The notes under the pieces were generated by a model that had not been told where the DNA came from, ran no database searches, and saw only the letters and a program-made list of their open reading frames with translations. Both the position numbers and the translations under genes were made by a program. This document shows positions 48,301 to 63,400 of a DNA stretch of 64,000 nucleotides, one piece after another. Source of the DNA: Antedon mediterranea (taxonomy: Eukaryota; Animalia; Echinodermata); contig NC_092675.1 in assembly GCF_964355755.1 (NCBI RefSeq), positions 14,418,912-14,482,911 on the forward strand, given 5' to 3'. How positions within the stretch are numbered: the first letter of the stretch is position 1; the number at the start of each line of letters is the position of its first letter.

Positions 48301-51300
48301 AGAGAGAGATATATCAGCGAGAGAGAGATAGATCAGCGAGAGTGAGATAGATAGATCGGAGAGAGAGATAGATAGATCAGCGAGAGAGAGATAGATCAGC
48401 GAGAGAGAGATAGATAGATCAGCGAGAGAGAGATAAATAGATCAGCGAGAGAGAGATAGATCAGCGAGAGAGAGATAGATAGATCAGCGAGAGAGAGAGA
48501 GATAGATAGATCAGAGAGAGAGATAGATCAGCGAGAGTGAGAGAGAGAGAGATAGATAGATCAGCGAGAGAGAGAGAGAGATAGATCAGCGATAGAGAGA
48601 TAGATAGATCAGCGAGAGAGAGAGATATATAAGCGAGAGAGATAGATCAGCGAGAGAGAGATAGATCAGCGAGAAGGAGATAGATCAGCGAGAGAGATAG
48701 ATCAGTGGGAGAGAGAGAGTGATAGATCAGCGAGAGAGAGATAGATAGATCAGCGAGAGAGAAATATATCAGCGAGAGAGAGATAGATCAGCGAGAGAGA
48801 GATAGATCAGCGAGAGAGAGATAGATCAGCGAGAGAGAGAGTGATAGATCAGCGAGAGAGAGATAGATCAGCGAGAGAGAGATAGATCAGCGAGAAAGAT
48901 AGATCAGCGAGAGAGAGATAGATAGATCAGCGAAAGAGAGATAGATCAGCAAGAGAGATTGATAGATCAGCGAGAGAGAGGTAGGTCAGTGAGAGAGAGA
49001 TAGATAGATCAGCGAGAGAGAGATAGATAGATCGGAGAGAGAGAGATAGATAGATCAGCGAGAGAGAGATAGATCAGCGAGAGAGAGCTAGATAGATCAG
49101 CGAGAGAGATAGATCAGCGAGAGAGAGAGATAGATCAGCGAGAGTGAGATAGATAGATCAGAGAGAGATAGATAGATCAGCGAGAGAGAGATATATCAGC
49201 GAGAGAGATAGATCAGCGAGAAAGAGATAGATCAGCGAGAAGGAGATAGATCAGCGAGAGAGATAGATCAGCGAGAGAGAGAGTGATAGATCGGCGAGAG
49301 AGAGATAGATCAGCGAGAGAGAGATAGATAGAACAGCGAGAGAGAGATATATCAGCGAGAGAGAGATAGATCAGCGAGAGTGAGATAGATAGATCGGAGA
49401 GAGAGATAGATAGATCAGCGAGAGAGAGATAGATCAGCGAGAAAGAGATAGATAGATCAGCGAGAGAGAGATAAATAGATCAGCGAGAGAGAGATAGATA
49501 GATCAGCGAGAGAGAGAGATATAGATAGATCAGAGAGAGAGATAGATCAGCGAGAGAGAGAGAGAGATAGATAGATCAGCGAGAGAGAGAGAGATAGATC
49601 AGCGAGAGAGAGATAGATAGATCAGCGAGAGAGATATATATCAGCGAGAGAGATAGATCAGCGAGAGAGAGATAGATCAGCGAGAAGGAGATAGATCAGC
49701 GAGAGAGATAGATCAGTGAGAGAGAGAGTGATAGATCAGCGAGAGAGAGATAGATAGATCAGCGAGAGAGAGATATATCAGCGAGAGAGAGATAGATCAG
49801 CGAGAGGGAGATAGATCAGCGAGAGAGAGATAGATCAGCGAGAGAGAGATAGATCAGCGAGAGAGAGAGTGATAGATCAGCGAGAGAGAGATAGATCAGC
49901 GAGAGAGAGATAGATCAGCGAGAAAGATAGATCAGCGAGAGAGAGATAGATAGATCAGCAAAAGAGAGATAGATCAGCAAGAGAGATTGATAGATCAGCG
50001 AGAGAGAGGTAGGTCAGTGAGCGAGAGATAGATAGATCAGCGAGAGAGAGATAGATAGATCGGAGAGAGAGAGATAGATAGATCAGCGAGAGAGAGATTG
50101 ATCAGCGAGAGAGAGACAGACGGGTCAGCGAGAGAGAGATAGATCAGCGAGAGAGAGATAGATAGATCAGCGAGAGAGAGATAAATAGATCAGCGAGAGA
50201 GAGATAGATCAGCGAGAGAGAGATAGATCAGCGAGAGAGAGATAGATCAGTGAGAGAGAGATAGATAGATCAGCGAGAGAGAGATAGACCAGCGAGAGAG
50301 AGATAGATCAGCGAGAGAGAGATAGATCAGCGAGAGAGAGATAGATCAGCGAGGGAGAGATAGATCAACGAGAGAGAGATAGATCAGCGAGAGAGAGATA
50401 GATAGATCATCGAGAGAGAGATATATCAGCGAGAGAGAGATAGATCAGCAAGAGAGAGATAGATCAGCGAGAGGGAGATAGATCAGCGAGAGAGATAGAT
50501 CAGCGAGAGAGAGAGAGTGATAGATCGGAGAGAAAGAGATAGATCAGCGAGAGAGAGAGATAGATCAGCGAGAGAGATAGTTCAGCGAGAAAGAGATAGA
50601 TAGATCAGCGAGAGAGAGATAGATAGATCAGCGAGAGAGAGATAGATCAGCGAGAGAGAGATAGATAGATCAGCGAGAGAGAGATTGATAGATCGGAGAG
50701 AGAGAGATAGATAGATCAGCGAGAGAGAGATAGATAGATCAGCGAGAGAGAGATAAATAGATCAGTGAGAGAGATAGATAAGCGAGAGAGAGATAGATAG
50801 ATCAGCGAGAGAGAGATAGATCAGCGAGAGAGAGATAGATAGATCAGCGAGAGAGAGATAGATCAGCGAGAGAGAGAGATAGATAGATCAGCGAGAGAGA
50901 GATAGATAGATCGGAGAGAGAGAGATAGATAGATCAGTGAGAGAGATAGATCAGCGAGAGAGAGATAGATAGATCAGCGAGAGAGAGATAAATAGATCAG
51001 CGAGAGAGATAGATAAGCGAGAGAGAGATAGATAGATCAGCGAGAGAGAGAGATAGATCAGCGAGAGAGAGATAGATAGATCAGCGAGAGAGAGATAGAT
51101 AAGCAAGAGAGATAGATAGATAGATCAGAGAAAGAGAGAGAAAGATCAGCGAGAGAGAGATAGATCAGCGAGAGAGAGATAGATCAGCGAGAGAGAGATA
51201 GATAGATCAGCGAGAGAGAGATAGATCAGCGAGAGAGAGATAGATCAGCGAGAGAGATAGATCAGCGAGAGAGAGATAGATCAGCGAGAGAGAGATATAT

Positions 51301-52319
51301 AGATCAGCATGAGAGAGATAGATCAGCGAGAGAGATATAGTTCAGCGAGAGAGAGATAGATCAGCGAGAGAGAGAGATAGATCAGCGAGGGAGAGATAGA
51401 TCAGCGAGAGAGAGAGATAGATCAGCGAGAGGGAGATAGATCAGCGAGAGAGAAATAGATCAGCGAGAAAGAGAGTGATAGATCAGCGAGAGAGAGAGAT
51501 AGATCAGCGAGAGAGAGAGATAGATCAGCGAGAGAGATAGATCAGAAAGAGAGAGATAGATAGATAACCGAGAGAGAGATAGATCAGCGAGAGAGATTAA
51601 TAGATCAGCGAGAGAGAGATAGGTCAGTGAGAGAGAGATAGATAGATCAGCGAGAGAGAGATAGATAGATCGGAGAGAGAGAGATAGATAGATCAGCGAG
51701 AGAGAGATTGATCAGCGAGAGAAAGACAGGTCAGCGAGAGAGAGATAGATCAGCGAGAGAGAGATAGATAGATCAGCGAGAGAGAGTTAAATAGATCAGC
51801 GAGAGAAAGATAGATCAGTGAGAAAGAGATAGATCAGCGAGAGAGAGATAGATCAGTGAGAGAGAGATAGATAGATCAGCGAGAGAGAGATAGATCAGCG
51901 AGAGAGAGAGATAGATCAGCGAGAGAGAGATAGATCAGCGAGAGATAGATCAGCGAGAGAGAGATAGATTAGCGAGAGAGATATAGATCAGCGAGAGATA
52001 GATAGATAGATCAGCGACAGAGAGATAGATCAGCGAGAGAGAGATAGATAGATCAGCGAGAGAGAGATAGATAGATCAGCGAGAGAGAAATAGATCAGCG
52101 AGAGAGAGAGAGTGAGATAGATCAAAGAGAGAGAGATAGATCAGATCAGAGATAGATCAGCGAGAGAGAGATAGATTAGCGAGAGAGATATAGATCAGCG
52201 AGAGATAGATAGATAGATCAGCGACAGAGAGATAGATCAGCGACAGAGAGATAGATCAGCGAGAGAGAGATAGATAGATCAGCGAGAGAGAGATAGATAG
52301 ATCAGCGAGAGAGAGATAG

Positions 52320-52831
52320 ATCAGCGAGAAGGAGATAGATCAGCGAGAGAGATAGATCAGCGAGAAAGAGAGTGAAAGATCAGCGAGAGATAGATAGATC
52401 AGCGAGATAGAGATTGATAGATCAGCGAGAGAGAGATAGATCAGCGAGAGAGAGAGATAGATAGATCAGCGACAGAGAGATAGATCAGCCAGAGAGAGAT
52501 AGATAGATCAGCGAGAGATATATCAGCGAGAGAGAGATAGATAGGTCAGCGAGAGAGAGATAGATAGATCAGCGAGAGAGAGAGATATAGACAGATCAGC
52601 GAGAGAGAGAGATAGATCAGCGAGAGAGAGATAGATAGATAAGCGAGAGAGAGATAGATCAGCGAGAGAGAGATATATAGATCAGCGAGAGAGAGATAGA
52701 TCAGCGAGAGAGAGATAGATAGATCAGCGAGAGAGAGATAGATCAGCGAGAAAGAGAGATAGATCAGCGAGAGAGAGATAGATCAGCGAGAGAGAGATAG
52801 ATAGATCAGCGAGAGAGAGATAGATAGATCG

Positions 52832-52863
<32 letters not shown>

Positions 52864-55800
52864 TAGATCAGCGAGAGAGAGAGATAGATCAGCGAGAGAG
52901 AGACAGATAGGTCAGCGAGAGACAGATAGATCAGCGAGAGAGAGATAGATAGATCAGCGAGAGAGAGATTAATAGATCAGCGAGAGAGAGATAGATCAGC
53001 GAGAGAGAGATAGGTAGATCAGCGAGAGAGAGGTAGATCAGCGAGAGAGAGCTAGATTGATCAGCGAGAGAGAGATTGATCAGCGAGTGAGAGATAGATC
53101 AGCAAGAGAGAGAGATAGATCAGCGAGGGAGAGATAGATCAACGAGAGAGATAGATCAGCGAGAGAGAGATAGATAGATCAGTGAGAGAGAGATAGATCA
53201 ACGAGAGAGAGAGATATATCAGTGGCAGATAGATAGATCAGCGAGAGAGATAGATAGATCAGCAAGAGAGAGATAGATCAGCGAGAGAGAGATAGATCAG
53301 CGAGAGAGAGATAGATAGATCAGAGAGAGAGAGAGATAGATCAGCAAGAGAGAGATAGATCAGCGAGAGAGAGATAGATCAGCGAGAGAGAGATAGATAG
53401 ATCAGAGAGAGAGAGAGATAGATCAGCGAGAGAGAGATAGATCAGAGAGAGAGAGCGATAGATAGATCAGCGAGAGAGAGAGATAGATCAGCGAGAGAGA
53501 GATAGATAGATCAGCGAGAGAGAGATAGATCAGTGAGAGAGAGAGATATATAGATCAGCGAGAGAGAGATAGATCAGCGAGAGAGAGATAGATAGATCAG
53601 CGAGAGAGGGATAGATAGATCAGCGAGAGATAGATAAATAGATCAGCGAGAAAGAGAGATAGATCAGCGAGAGAGAGATAGATCAGCGAGAGAGAGATAG
53701 ATCAGAGAGAGAGAGAGAGATATATATATATCAGCGAGAGAGAGATAGATCAACGAGAGAGAGATAGATCAGCGAGAGAGAGATAGATCAGCGAGGGAGA
53801 GATAGATCAACGAGAGAGAGATAGATCAGCGAGAGAGAGATAGATAGATCAGCGAGAGAGAGAGATAGATAAGCGAGAGCGAGAGAGATAGATCAGCGAG
53901 AGAGAGATATTTCAGCGAGAAAGAGATAGATCAGCGAGAGAGAAATAGATCAGCGAGAGATAGATAGATCAGCGAGAGAGAGATAGATAAGCGAGAGAGA
54001 GAGAGATAGATAGATCAGCGAGAGAGAGAGAGATAGATCAGCGAGAGAGAGATAGATCAGCGAGAGAGAGAGATAGATAGATCAGCGAGAGAGAGAGATA
54101 GATCAGCGAGAGAGATAGATAGAACAGCGAGAGAGAGATAGATAGATCAGCGAGAGAGAGAGATAGATCAGCGAGAGAGAGAGATATATATATCAGCGAG
54201 AGAGAGATAGATCAGCGAGAGAGAGAGATAGATCAGCGAGAGAGAGATAGATCAGCGAGAGAGAGATAGAAAGATCAGCGAGAGAGATAGAGAGATAGAT
54301 CAGCGAGAGAGAGAGATAGATCAGCGAGAGAGAGAGATATATATATCAGCGAGAGAGAGATAGATCAGCGAGAGAGATATAGATCAGCGAGAGAGATATA
54401 GATCAGCGAGGGAGAGATAGATCAACGAGAGAGAGATAGATCAGCGAGAGAGAGATAGATAGATCAGCGAGAGAGAGAGATATATCAGCAAGAGAGAGAT
54501 AGATCAGCGAGAGGGAGATAGATCAGCGAGAGCGAGAGAGAGAGATCAGCGAGAGAGAGATAGATCATTGAGAAAGAGATAGATCAGCGAGAGAGAAATA
54601 GATCAGCGAGAGATAGATAGATCAGCGAGAGAGAGATAGATCAGCGAGAGAGAGATAGATAGATCAGCGAGAGAGAGAGATAGATCAGCGAGAGAGAGAT
54701 AGATCAGCGAGAGAGAGAGAGAGAGAGAGATCTCAGCGAGAGAGAGATAGATCAGCGAGGGAGAGATAGATCAGCGAGAGAGAGATAGATCCGCGAGAGA
54801 GAGAGAGATAGATCAGCGAGAGAGAGAGAGATAGATCAGTGAGAGAGAGAGATAGATCAGCAAGAGAGAGATAGATCAGTGAGAGAGAGATAGATCAGCG
54901 AGAGAGAGATAGATCAGCGAGAGAGAGATAGATAGATCAGAGAGAGAGAGATAGATAAGCGAGAGAGAGATAGATCAGAGAGAGAGCGATAGATAGATCA
55001 GCGAGAGAGAGATAGATCAGCGAGAGAGAGAGAGATAGATAGATCAGAGAGAGAGAGAGATAGATCAGCGAGAGAGATAAAGATCAGCGAGAGAGAGATA
55101 GATCAGCGAGAGAGAGATAGATAGATCGGGGAGAGAGAGAGATAGATAGATCAGCGAGATAGATAGATCAGCGAGAGAGATAGATCAGCGAGAGAGAAAT
55201 AGATCAGAGAGAGAGAGAGAGAGAGAGATAGATCAGCGAGAGAGAGAGATAGATAGATCAGCGAGAAAGAGATAGGTAGATCAGCGAGAGAGAGATAGAT
55301 AGATCAGCGAGAGAGAGATAGATAGATCAGCGAGAGAGAGATAGATAGATCAGCGAGAGATAGATAAATAGATCAGCGATAGAGAGATAGATCAGCGAGA
55401 GAGATAGATAGAACAGCGAGAGAGAGATAGATAGATCAGCGAGAGAGAGATAGATCAGCGAGAGAGAGAGATATATATATCAGCGAGAGAGAGATAGATC
55501 AGCGAGAGAGAGAGATAGATCAGCGAGAGAGAGATAGATCAGCGAGGGAGAGATAGATCAACGAGAGAGAGATAGATCAGCGAGAGAGAGATAGATAGAT
55601 CAGCGAGAGAGAGAGATATATCAGCAAGAGAGAGATAGATCAGCGTGAGGGAGATAGATCAGCGAGAGCGAGAGAAATAGATCAGCGAGAGAGAGATAGA
55701 TCAGCAAGAAAGAGATAGATCAGCGAGAGAGAAATAGATCAGCGAGAGATAGATAGATCAGCGAGAGAGAGATAGATCAGCGAGAGAGAGATAGATAGAT

Positions 55801-57680
55801 CAGCGAGAGAGAGAGAGAGAGATAGATCAGCGAGAGAGAGATAGATCAGCGAGAGAAAGGGGGAGAGAGATCTCAGCGAGAGAGAGATAGATCAGCGAGG
55901 GAGAGATAGATCAGCGAGAGAGAGATAGATCCGCGAGAGAGAGAGATAGATCAGCGAGAGAGAGAGAGATAGATCAGTGAGAGAGAGAGATAGATCAGCA
56001 AGAGAGAGATAGATCAGCGAGAGAGAGATAGATCAGCGAGAGAGAGATAGATAGATCAGAGAGAGAGAGATAGATCAGCAAGAGAGAGATAGATCAGCGA
56101 GAGAGAGATAGATCAGCGAGAGAGAGATAGATCAGCGAGAGAGAGATAGATAGATCAGAGAGAGAGAGATAGATCAGCGAGAGAGAGATAGATCAGAGAG
56201 AGAGAGCGATAGATAGATCAGCGAGAGAGAGAGATAGATCAGCGAGAGAGAGATAGATAGATCAGCGAGAGAGAGATAGATCAGTGAGAAAGAGAGATAT
56301 ATAGATCAGCGAGATAGAGATAGATCAGCGAGAGAGAGATAGATAGATCAGCGAGAGAGAGATAGATAGATCAGCGAGAGATAGATAAATAGATCAGCGA
56401 GAAAGAGAGATAGATCAGCGAGAGAGAGATAGATCAGCGAGAGAGAGATAGATCAGCGAGAGAGAGAGATATATATATCAGCGAGAGAGAGATAGATCAG
56501 CGAGAGAGAGATAGATCAGCGAGAGAGAGATAGATCAGCGAAAGAGAGATAGATCAACGAGAGAGAGATAGATCAGCGAGGGAGAGAGATAGATCAGTGA
56601 GAGAGAGAGATAGATCAGCGAGAGAAAGATAGATCAGCGAGAGAGAGATATATAGATCAGCGAGAGAGAGATAGATCAGCGAGAGAGAGATAGATAGATC
56701 AGCGAGAGAGAAATAGATCAGCGAGAGAGAGAGATAGATCATCGAGAGAGAGATAGATCAGCGAGAGAGAGATTGATAGATAGGCGAGAGAGAGATAGAT
56801 AGATCGGAGAGAGAGAGAGAGATAGATAGATCAGCGAGAGAGAGATAGATCAGCAAGAGAGAGACAGATAGGTCAGCGAGAGACAGATAGATCAGCGAGA
56901 GAGAGATAGATAGATCAGCGAGAGAGAGATTAATAGATCAGCGAGAAAGAGATAGATCAGCGAGAGAGAGATAGGTAGATCAGCGAGAGAGAGGTAGATC
57001 AGCGAGAGAGAGCTAGATAGATCAGCGAGAAAGAGCTAGATAGATCAGCGAGAGAGAGATAGATCAGCGAGAGAGAGATAGATAGATCAGCGAGAGAGAG
57101 ATAGATCAGCGAGAGAGAGATAGATCAGCGAGAGAGAGATAGATCAGCGAGAAAGAGATAGATCAGCGAGGGAGAGATAGATCAACGAGAGAGAGAGATA
57201 TATCAGCGGGAGAGAGACAGATCAGCGAGAGAGAGATAGATCAGCGAGAAGGAGATAGATCAGCGAGAGAGATAGATCAGCGAGAAAGAGAGTGAAAGAT
57301 CAGCGAGAGATAGATAGATCAGCGAGATAGAGATTGATAGATCAGCGAGAGAGAGATAGATCAGCGAGAGAGAGAGATAGATAGATCAGCGACAGAGAGA
57401 TAGATCAGCCAGGGAGAGATAGATAGATCAGCGAGAGATATATCAGCGAGAGAGAGATAGATAGGTCAGCGAGAGAGAGATAGATAGATCAGCGAGAGAG
57501 AGAGATATAGACAGATCAGCGAGAGAGAGAGATAGATCAGCGAGAGAGAGATAGATAGATAAGCGAGAGAGAGATAGATCAGCGAGAGAGAGATATATAG
57601 ATCAGCGAGAGAGAGATAGATCAGCGAGAGAGAGATAGATAGATCAGCGAGAGAGAGATAGATCAGCGAGAAAGAGAGAT
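52320..57680. repeat. ~5.4-kb block duplicated from ~26200-31560 (offset ~26.1 kb)
   Basis: Same ordered rare variants: AGAGAGTGAAAG at 26241/52367 and 31171/57287; AGATATTTCAGC at 27781/53905; TCAGTGGC at 27095/53219; GATCATTGAG at 28439/54563. Confidence 0.85.
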
Positions 57681-60435
57681 AGATCAGCGAGAGAGATAGA
57701 TAGATCAGCGAGAGAGAGAGATAGATCAGCGCGAGAGAGAGAGAGATATATCAGCGAGAGAGAGATAGATAGATCAGCGAGAGAGAGATATAGATCAGCG
57801 AGAGAGATAGATCAGCGAGAGAGAGATAGATCAGCGATAGAGAGATAGATAGATCAGCGAGATAGAGATAGATAGATCAGCGAGAGAGAGATATAGATAG
57901 ATCAGCGAGAGAGAGATAGATCAGCGAGAGAGAGATAGATAAATCAGCGAGAGAGAGATAGATCAGCGAGAGAGAGAGAGAGATAGATAGATCAGCGAGA
58001 GAAAGATAGATAGATCAGCGAGAGAGAGAGATAGATAGATCAGCGAGAGAGAGATAGATCAACGAGAGAGAGATAGATAGATCAGCGAGAGAGAGATAGA
58101 TCAGTGAGAGAGAGATATATAGATCAGCGAGAGAGAGAGATAGATCAGCGAGAGAGAGATAGATAGATCAGCGAGAGAGAGATAGATAGATCAGCGAGAG
58201 ATAGATAAATAGATCAGCGAGAGAGAGATAGATCAGCGAGAGAGAGATAGATAGATCAGCGAGAGAGATAGAGAGATAGATCAGCGAGAGAGAGATAGAT
58301 CAGCGAGAGAGAGAGATATATATATCAGCGAGAGAGAGATAGATCAGCGAGAGAGAGATAGATCAGCGAGAGAGATATAGATCAGCGAGGGAGAGATAGA
58401 TCAACGAGAGAGAGATAGATCAGCGAGAGAGAGATAGATAGATCAGCGAGAGAGAGAGAGATATATCAGCAAGAGAGAGATAGATCAGCGAGAGGGAGAT
58501 AGATCAGCGAGAACGAGAGAGATAGATCAGCGAGAGAGAGATAGATCATTGAGAAAGAGATAGATCAGCGAGAGAGAAATAGATCAGCGAGAGATAGATA
58601 GATCAGCGAGAGAGAGATAGATCAGCGAGAGAGAGATAGATAGATCAGCGAGAGAGAGAGATAGATCAGCGAGAGAGAGATAGATCAGCGAGAGAGAGAG
58701 AGAGAGAGAGAGATCTCAGCGAGAGAGAGATAGATCAGCGAGGGAGAGATAGATCAGCGAGAGAGAGATAGATCCGCGAGAGAGAGAGAGATAGATCAGC
58801 GAGAGAGAGAGAGAGATAGATCAGTGAGAGAGAGAGATAGATCAGCAAGAGAGAGATAGATCAGTGAGAGAGAGATAAATCAGCGAGAGAGAGATAGATA
58901 GATCAGAGAGAGAGATAGATAAGCGAGAGAGAGATAGATCAGAGAGAGAGCGATAGATAGATCAGCGAGAGAGAGATAGATCAGCGAGAGAGAGAGAGAT
59001 AGATAGATCAGAGAGAGAGAGACAGATCAGCGAGAGAGATATAGATCAGCGAGAGAGAGATAGATCAGCGAGAGAGAGATAGATAGATCGGGGAGAGAGA
59101 GAGATAGATAGATCAGCGAGATAGATAGATCAGCGAGAGAGATAGATCAGCGAGAGAGAAATAGATCAGAGAGAGAGAGAGAGAGAGAGAGATAGATCAG
59201 CGAGAGAGAGAGATAGATAGATCAGCGAGAAAGAGATAGGTAGATCAGTGAGAGAAAGATAGATAGAACAGCGAGAGAGAGATAGATAGATCAGCGAGAG
59301 AGAGAGATAGATCAGCGAGAGAGAGAGATATATATATCAGCGAGAGAGAGATAGATCAGCGAGAGAGAGAGATAGATCAGCGAGAGAGAGATAGATCAGC
59401 GAGGGAGAGATAGATCAACGAGAGAGAGATAGATCAGCGAGAGAGAGATAGATAGATCAGCGAGAGAGAGAGATATATCAGCAAGAGAGAGATAGATCAG
59501 CGTGAGGGAGATAGATCAGCGAGATAGAGATAGATCAGCGAGAAAGAGATAGATCAGCGAGAGAGAAATAGATCAGCGAGAGATAGATAGATCAGCGAGA
59601 GAGAGATAGATCAGCGAGAGAGAGATAGATAGATCAGCGAGAGAGAGAGATATAGATCAGCGAGAGAGAGATAGATCAGCGAGAGAGAGATAGATAAATC
59701 AGCGAGAGAGAGATAGATCAGCGAGAGAGAGAGAGATAGATAGATCAGCGAGAGAAAGATAGATAGATCAGCGAGAGAGAGAGATAGATAGATCAGCGAG
59801 AGAGAGATAGATCAACGAGAGAGAGATAGATAGATCAGCGAGAGAGAGATAGATCAGTGAGAGAGAGATATATAGATCAGCGAGAGAGAGAGATAGATCA
59901 GCGAGAGAGAGATAGATAGATCAGCGAGAGAGAGATAGATAGATCAGCGAGAGATAGATAAATAGATCAGCGAGAGAGAGATAGATCAGCGAGAGAGAGA
60001 TAGATAGATCAGCGAGAGAGATAGAGAGATAGATCAGCGAGAGAGAGATAGATCAGCGAGAGAGAGAGATATATATATCAGCGAGAGAGAGATAGATCAG
60101 CGAGAGAGAGATAGATCAGCGAGAGAGATATAGATCAGCGAGGGAGAGATAGATCAACGAGAGAGAGATAGATCAGCGAGAGAGAGATAGATAGATCAGC
60201 GAGAGAGAGAGATATATCAGCAAGAGAGAGATAGATCAGCGAGAGGGAGATAGATCAGCGAGAACGAGAGAGATAGATCAGCGAGAGAGAGATAGATCAT
60301 TGAGAAAGAGATAGATCAGCGAGAGAGAAATAGATCAGCGAGAGATAGATAGATCAGCGAGAGAGAGATAGATCAGCGAGAGAGAGATAGATAGATCAGC
60401 GAGAGAGAGAGATAGATCAGCGAGAGAGAGATAGA

Positions 60436-60479
<44 letters not shown>

Positions 60480-63400
60480 CAGCGAGAGAGAGATAGATCA
60501 GCGAGGGAGAGATAGATCAGCGAGAGAGAGATAGATCCGCGAGAGAGAGAGAGATAGATCAGCGAGAGAGAGAGAGAGATAGATCAGTGAGAGAGAGAGA
60601 TAGATCAGCAAGAGAGAGATAGATCAGTGAGAGAGAGATAGATCAGCGAGAGAGAGATAGATCAGTGAGAGAGAGATAGATAGATCAGAGAGAGAGAGAT
60701 AGATAAGCGAGAGAGAGATAGATCAGAGAGAGAGCGATAGATAGATCAGCGAGAGAGAGATAGATCAGCGAGAGAGAGATAGATCAGCGAGAGAGAGAGA
60801 GATAGATAGATCAGAGAGAGAGAGATAGATCAGCGAGAGAGATATAGATCAGCGAGAGAGAGATAGATCAGCGAGAGAGAGATAGATAGATCAGGGAGAG
60901 AGAGAGATAGATAGATCAGCGAGATAGATAGATCAGCGAGAGAGATAGATCAGCGAGAGAGAAATAGATCAGAGAGAGAGAGAGAGAGAGAGAAATAGAT
61001 CAGCGAGAGAGAGAGATAGATAGATCAGCGAGAAAGAGATAGGTAGATCAGTGAGAGAGAGAGATAGATAGAACAGCGAGAGAGAGATAGATAGATCAGC
61101 GAGAGAGAGAGATAGATCAGCGAGAGAGAGAGATATATATATCAGCGAGAGAGAGATAGATCAGCGAGAGAGAGAGATAGATCAGCGAGAGAGAAATAGA
61201 TCAGCGAGGGAGAGATAGATCAACGAGAGAGAGATAGATCAGCGAGAGAGAGATAGATAGATCAGCGAGAGAGAGAGATATATCAGCAAGAGAGAGATAG
61301 ATCAGCGTGAAGGAGATAGATCAGCGAGAGCGAGAGAAATAGATCAGCGAGAGAGAGATAGATCAGCGAGAAAGAGATAGATCAGCGAGAGAGAAATAGA
61401 TCAGCGAGAGATAGATAGATCAGCGAGAGAGAGATAGATCAGCGAGAGAGAGATAGATAGATCAGCGAGAGAGAGATAGATAGATCAGCGAGAGATAGAT
61501 AAATAGATCAGCGAGAAAGAGAGATAGATCAGCGAGAGAGAGATAGATCAGCGAGAGAGAGATAGATCAGCGAGAGAGAGAGATATATATATCAGCGAGA
61601 GAGAGATAGATCAGCGAGAGAGAGATAGATTAGCGAGAGAGAGATAGATCAGCGAGGGAGAGATAGATCAACGAGAGAGAGATAGATCAGCGAGGGAGAG
61701 AGATAGATCAGTGAGAGAGAGAGATAGATCAGCGAGAGAAAGATAGATCAGCGAGAGAGAGATATATAGATCAGCGAGAGAGAGATAGATCAGCGAGAGA
61801 GAGATAGATAGATCAGCGAGAGAGAGATAGATCAGCGAGAGAGAGAGATAGATCATCGAGAGAGAGATAGATCAGCGAGAGAGAGATTGATAGATAGGCG
61901 AGAGAGAGATAGATAGATCGGAAAGAGAGAGAGAGAGAGATAGATAGATCAGCGAGAGAGAGATAGATCAGCAAGAGAGAGACAGATAGGTCAGCGAGAG
62001 AGAGATAGATCAGCGAGAGAGAGATAGATCAGCGAGAGAGAGATATATAGATCAGCAAGAGAGAGATAGATAGATCAGCGAGAGAGAGATAGATAGATCA
62101 GCGAGAGATAGATAAATAGATCAGCGAGAGAGAGATAGATCAGCGAGAGAGAGATAGATAGATCAGCGAGAGAGATAGAGAGATAGATCAGCGAGAGAGA
62201 GATAGATCAGCGAGAGAGAGAGATATATATATCAGCGAGAGAGAGATAGATCAGCGAGAGAGAGATAGATCAGCGAGAGAGATATAGATCAGCGAGGGAG
62301 AGATAGATCAACGAGAGAGAGATAGATCAGCGAGAGAGAGATAGATAGATCAGCGAGAGAGAGAGAGATATATCAGCAAGAGAGAGATAGATCAGCGAGA
62401 GGGAGATAGATCAGCGAGAACGAGAGAGATAGATCAGCGAGAGAGAGATAGATCATTGAGAAAGAGATAGATCAGCGAGAGAGAAATAGATCAGCGAGAG
62501 ATAGATAGATCAGCGAGAGAGAGATAGATCAGCGAGAGAGAGATAGATAGATCAGCGAGAGAGAGAGATAGATCAGCGAGAGAGAGATAGATCAGCGAGA
62601 GAGAGAGAGAGAGAGAGAGATCTCAGCGAGAGAGAGATAGATCAGCGAGGGAGAGATAGATCAGCGAGAGAGAGATAGATCCGCGAGAGAGAGAGAGATA
62701 GATCAGCGAGAGAGAGAGAGAGATAGATCAGTGAGAGAGAGAGATAGATCAGCAAGAGAGAGATAGATCAGTGAGAGAGAGATAAATCAGCGAGAGAGAG
62801 ATAGATCAGCGAGAGAGAGATAGATAGATCAGAGAGAGAGATAGATAAGCGAGAGAGAGATAGATCAGAGAGAGAGCGATAGATAGATCAGCGAGAGAGA
62901 GATAGATCAGCGAGAGAGAGAGAGATAGATAGATCAGAGAGAGAGAGAGACAGATCAGCGAGAGAGATATAGATCAGCGAGAGAGAGATAGATCAGCGAG
63001 AGAGAGATAGATAGATCGGGGAGAGAGAGAGATAGATAGATCAGCGAGATAGATAGATCAGCGAGAGAGATAGATCAGCGAGAGAGAAATAGATCAGAGA
63101 GAGAGAGAGAGAGAGAGAGATAGATCAGCGAGAGAGAGAGATAGATAGATCAGCGAGAAAGAGATAGGTAGATCAGTGAGAGAAAGATAGATAGAACAGC
63201 GAGAGAGAGATAGATAGATCAGCGAGAGAGAGAGATAGATCAGCGAGAGAGAGAGATATATATATCAGCGAGAGAGAGATAGATCAGCGAGAGAGAGAGA
63301 TAGATCAGCGAGAGAGAGATAGATCAGCGAGGGAGAGATAGATCAACGAGAGAGAGATAGATCAGCGAGAGAGAGATAGATAGATCAGCGAGAGAGAGAG

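Noticed and set aside
25508-61856. Five 62-aa Leu/Ser-rich ORFs
   Set aside because: Translations of the (TC)n/TATC strand of the minisatellite; useful only as duplication markers.
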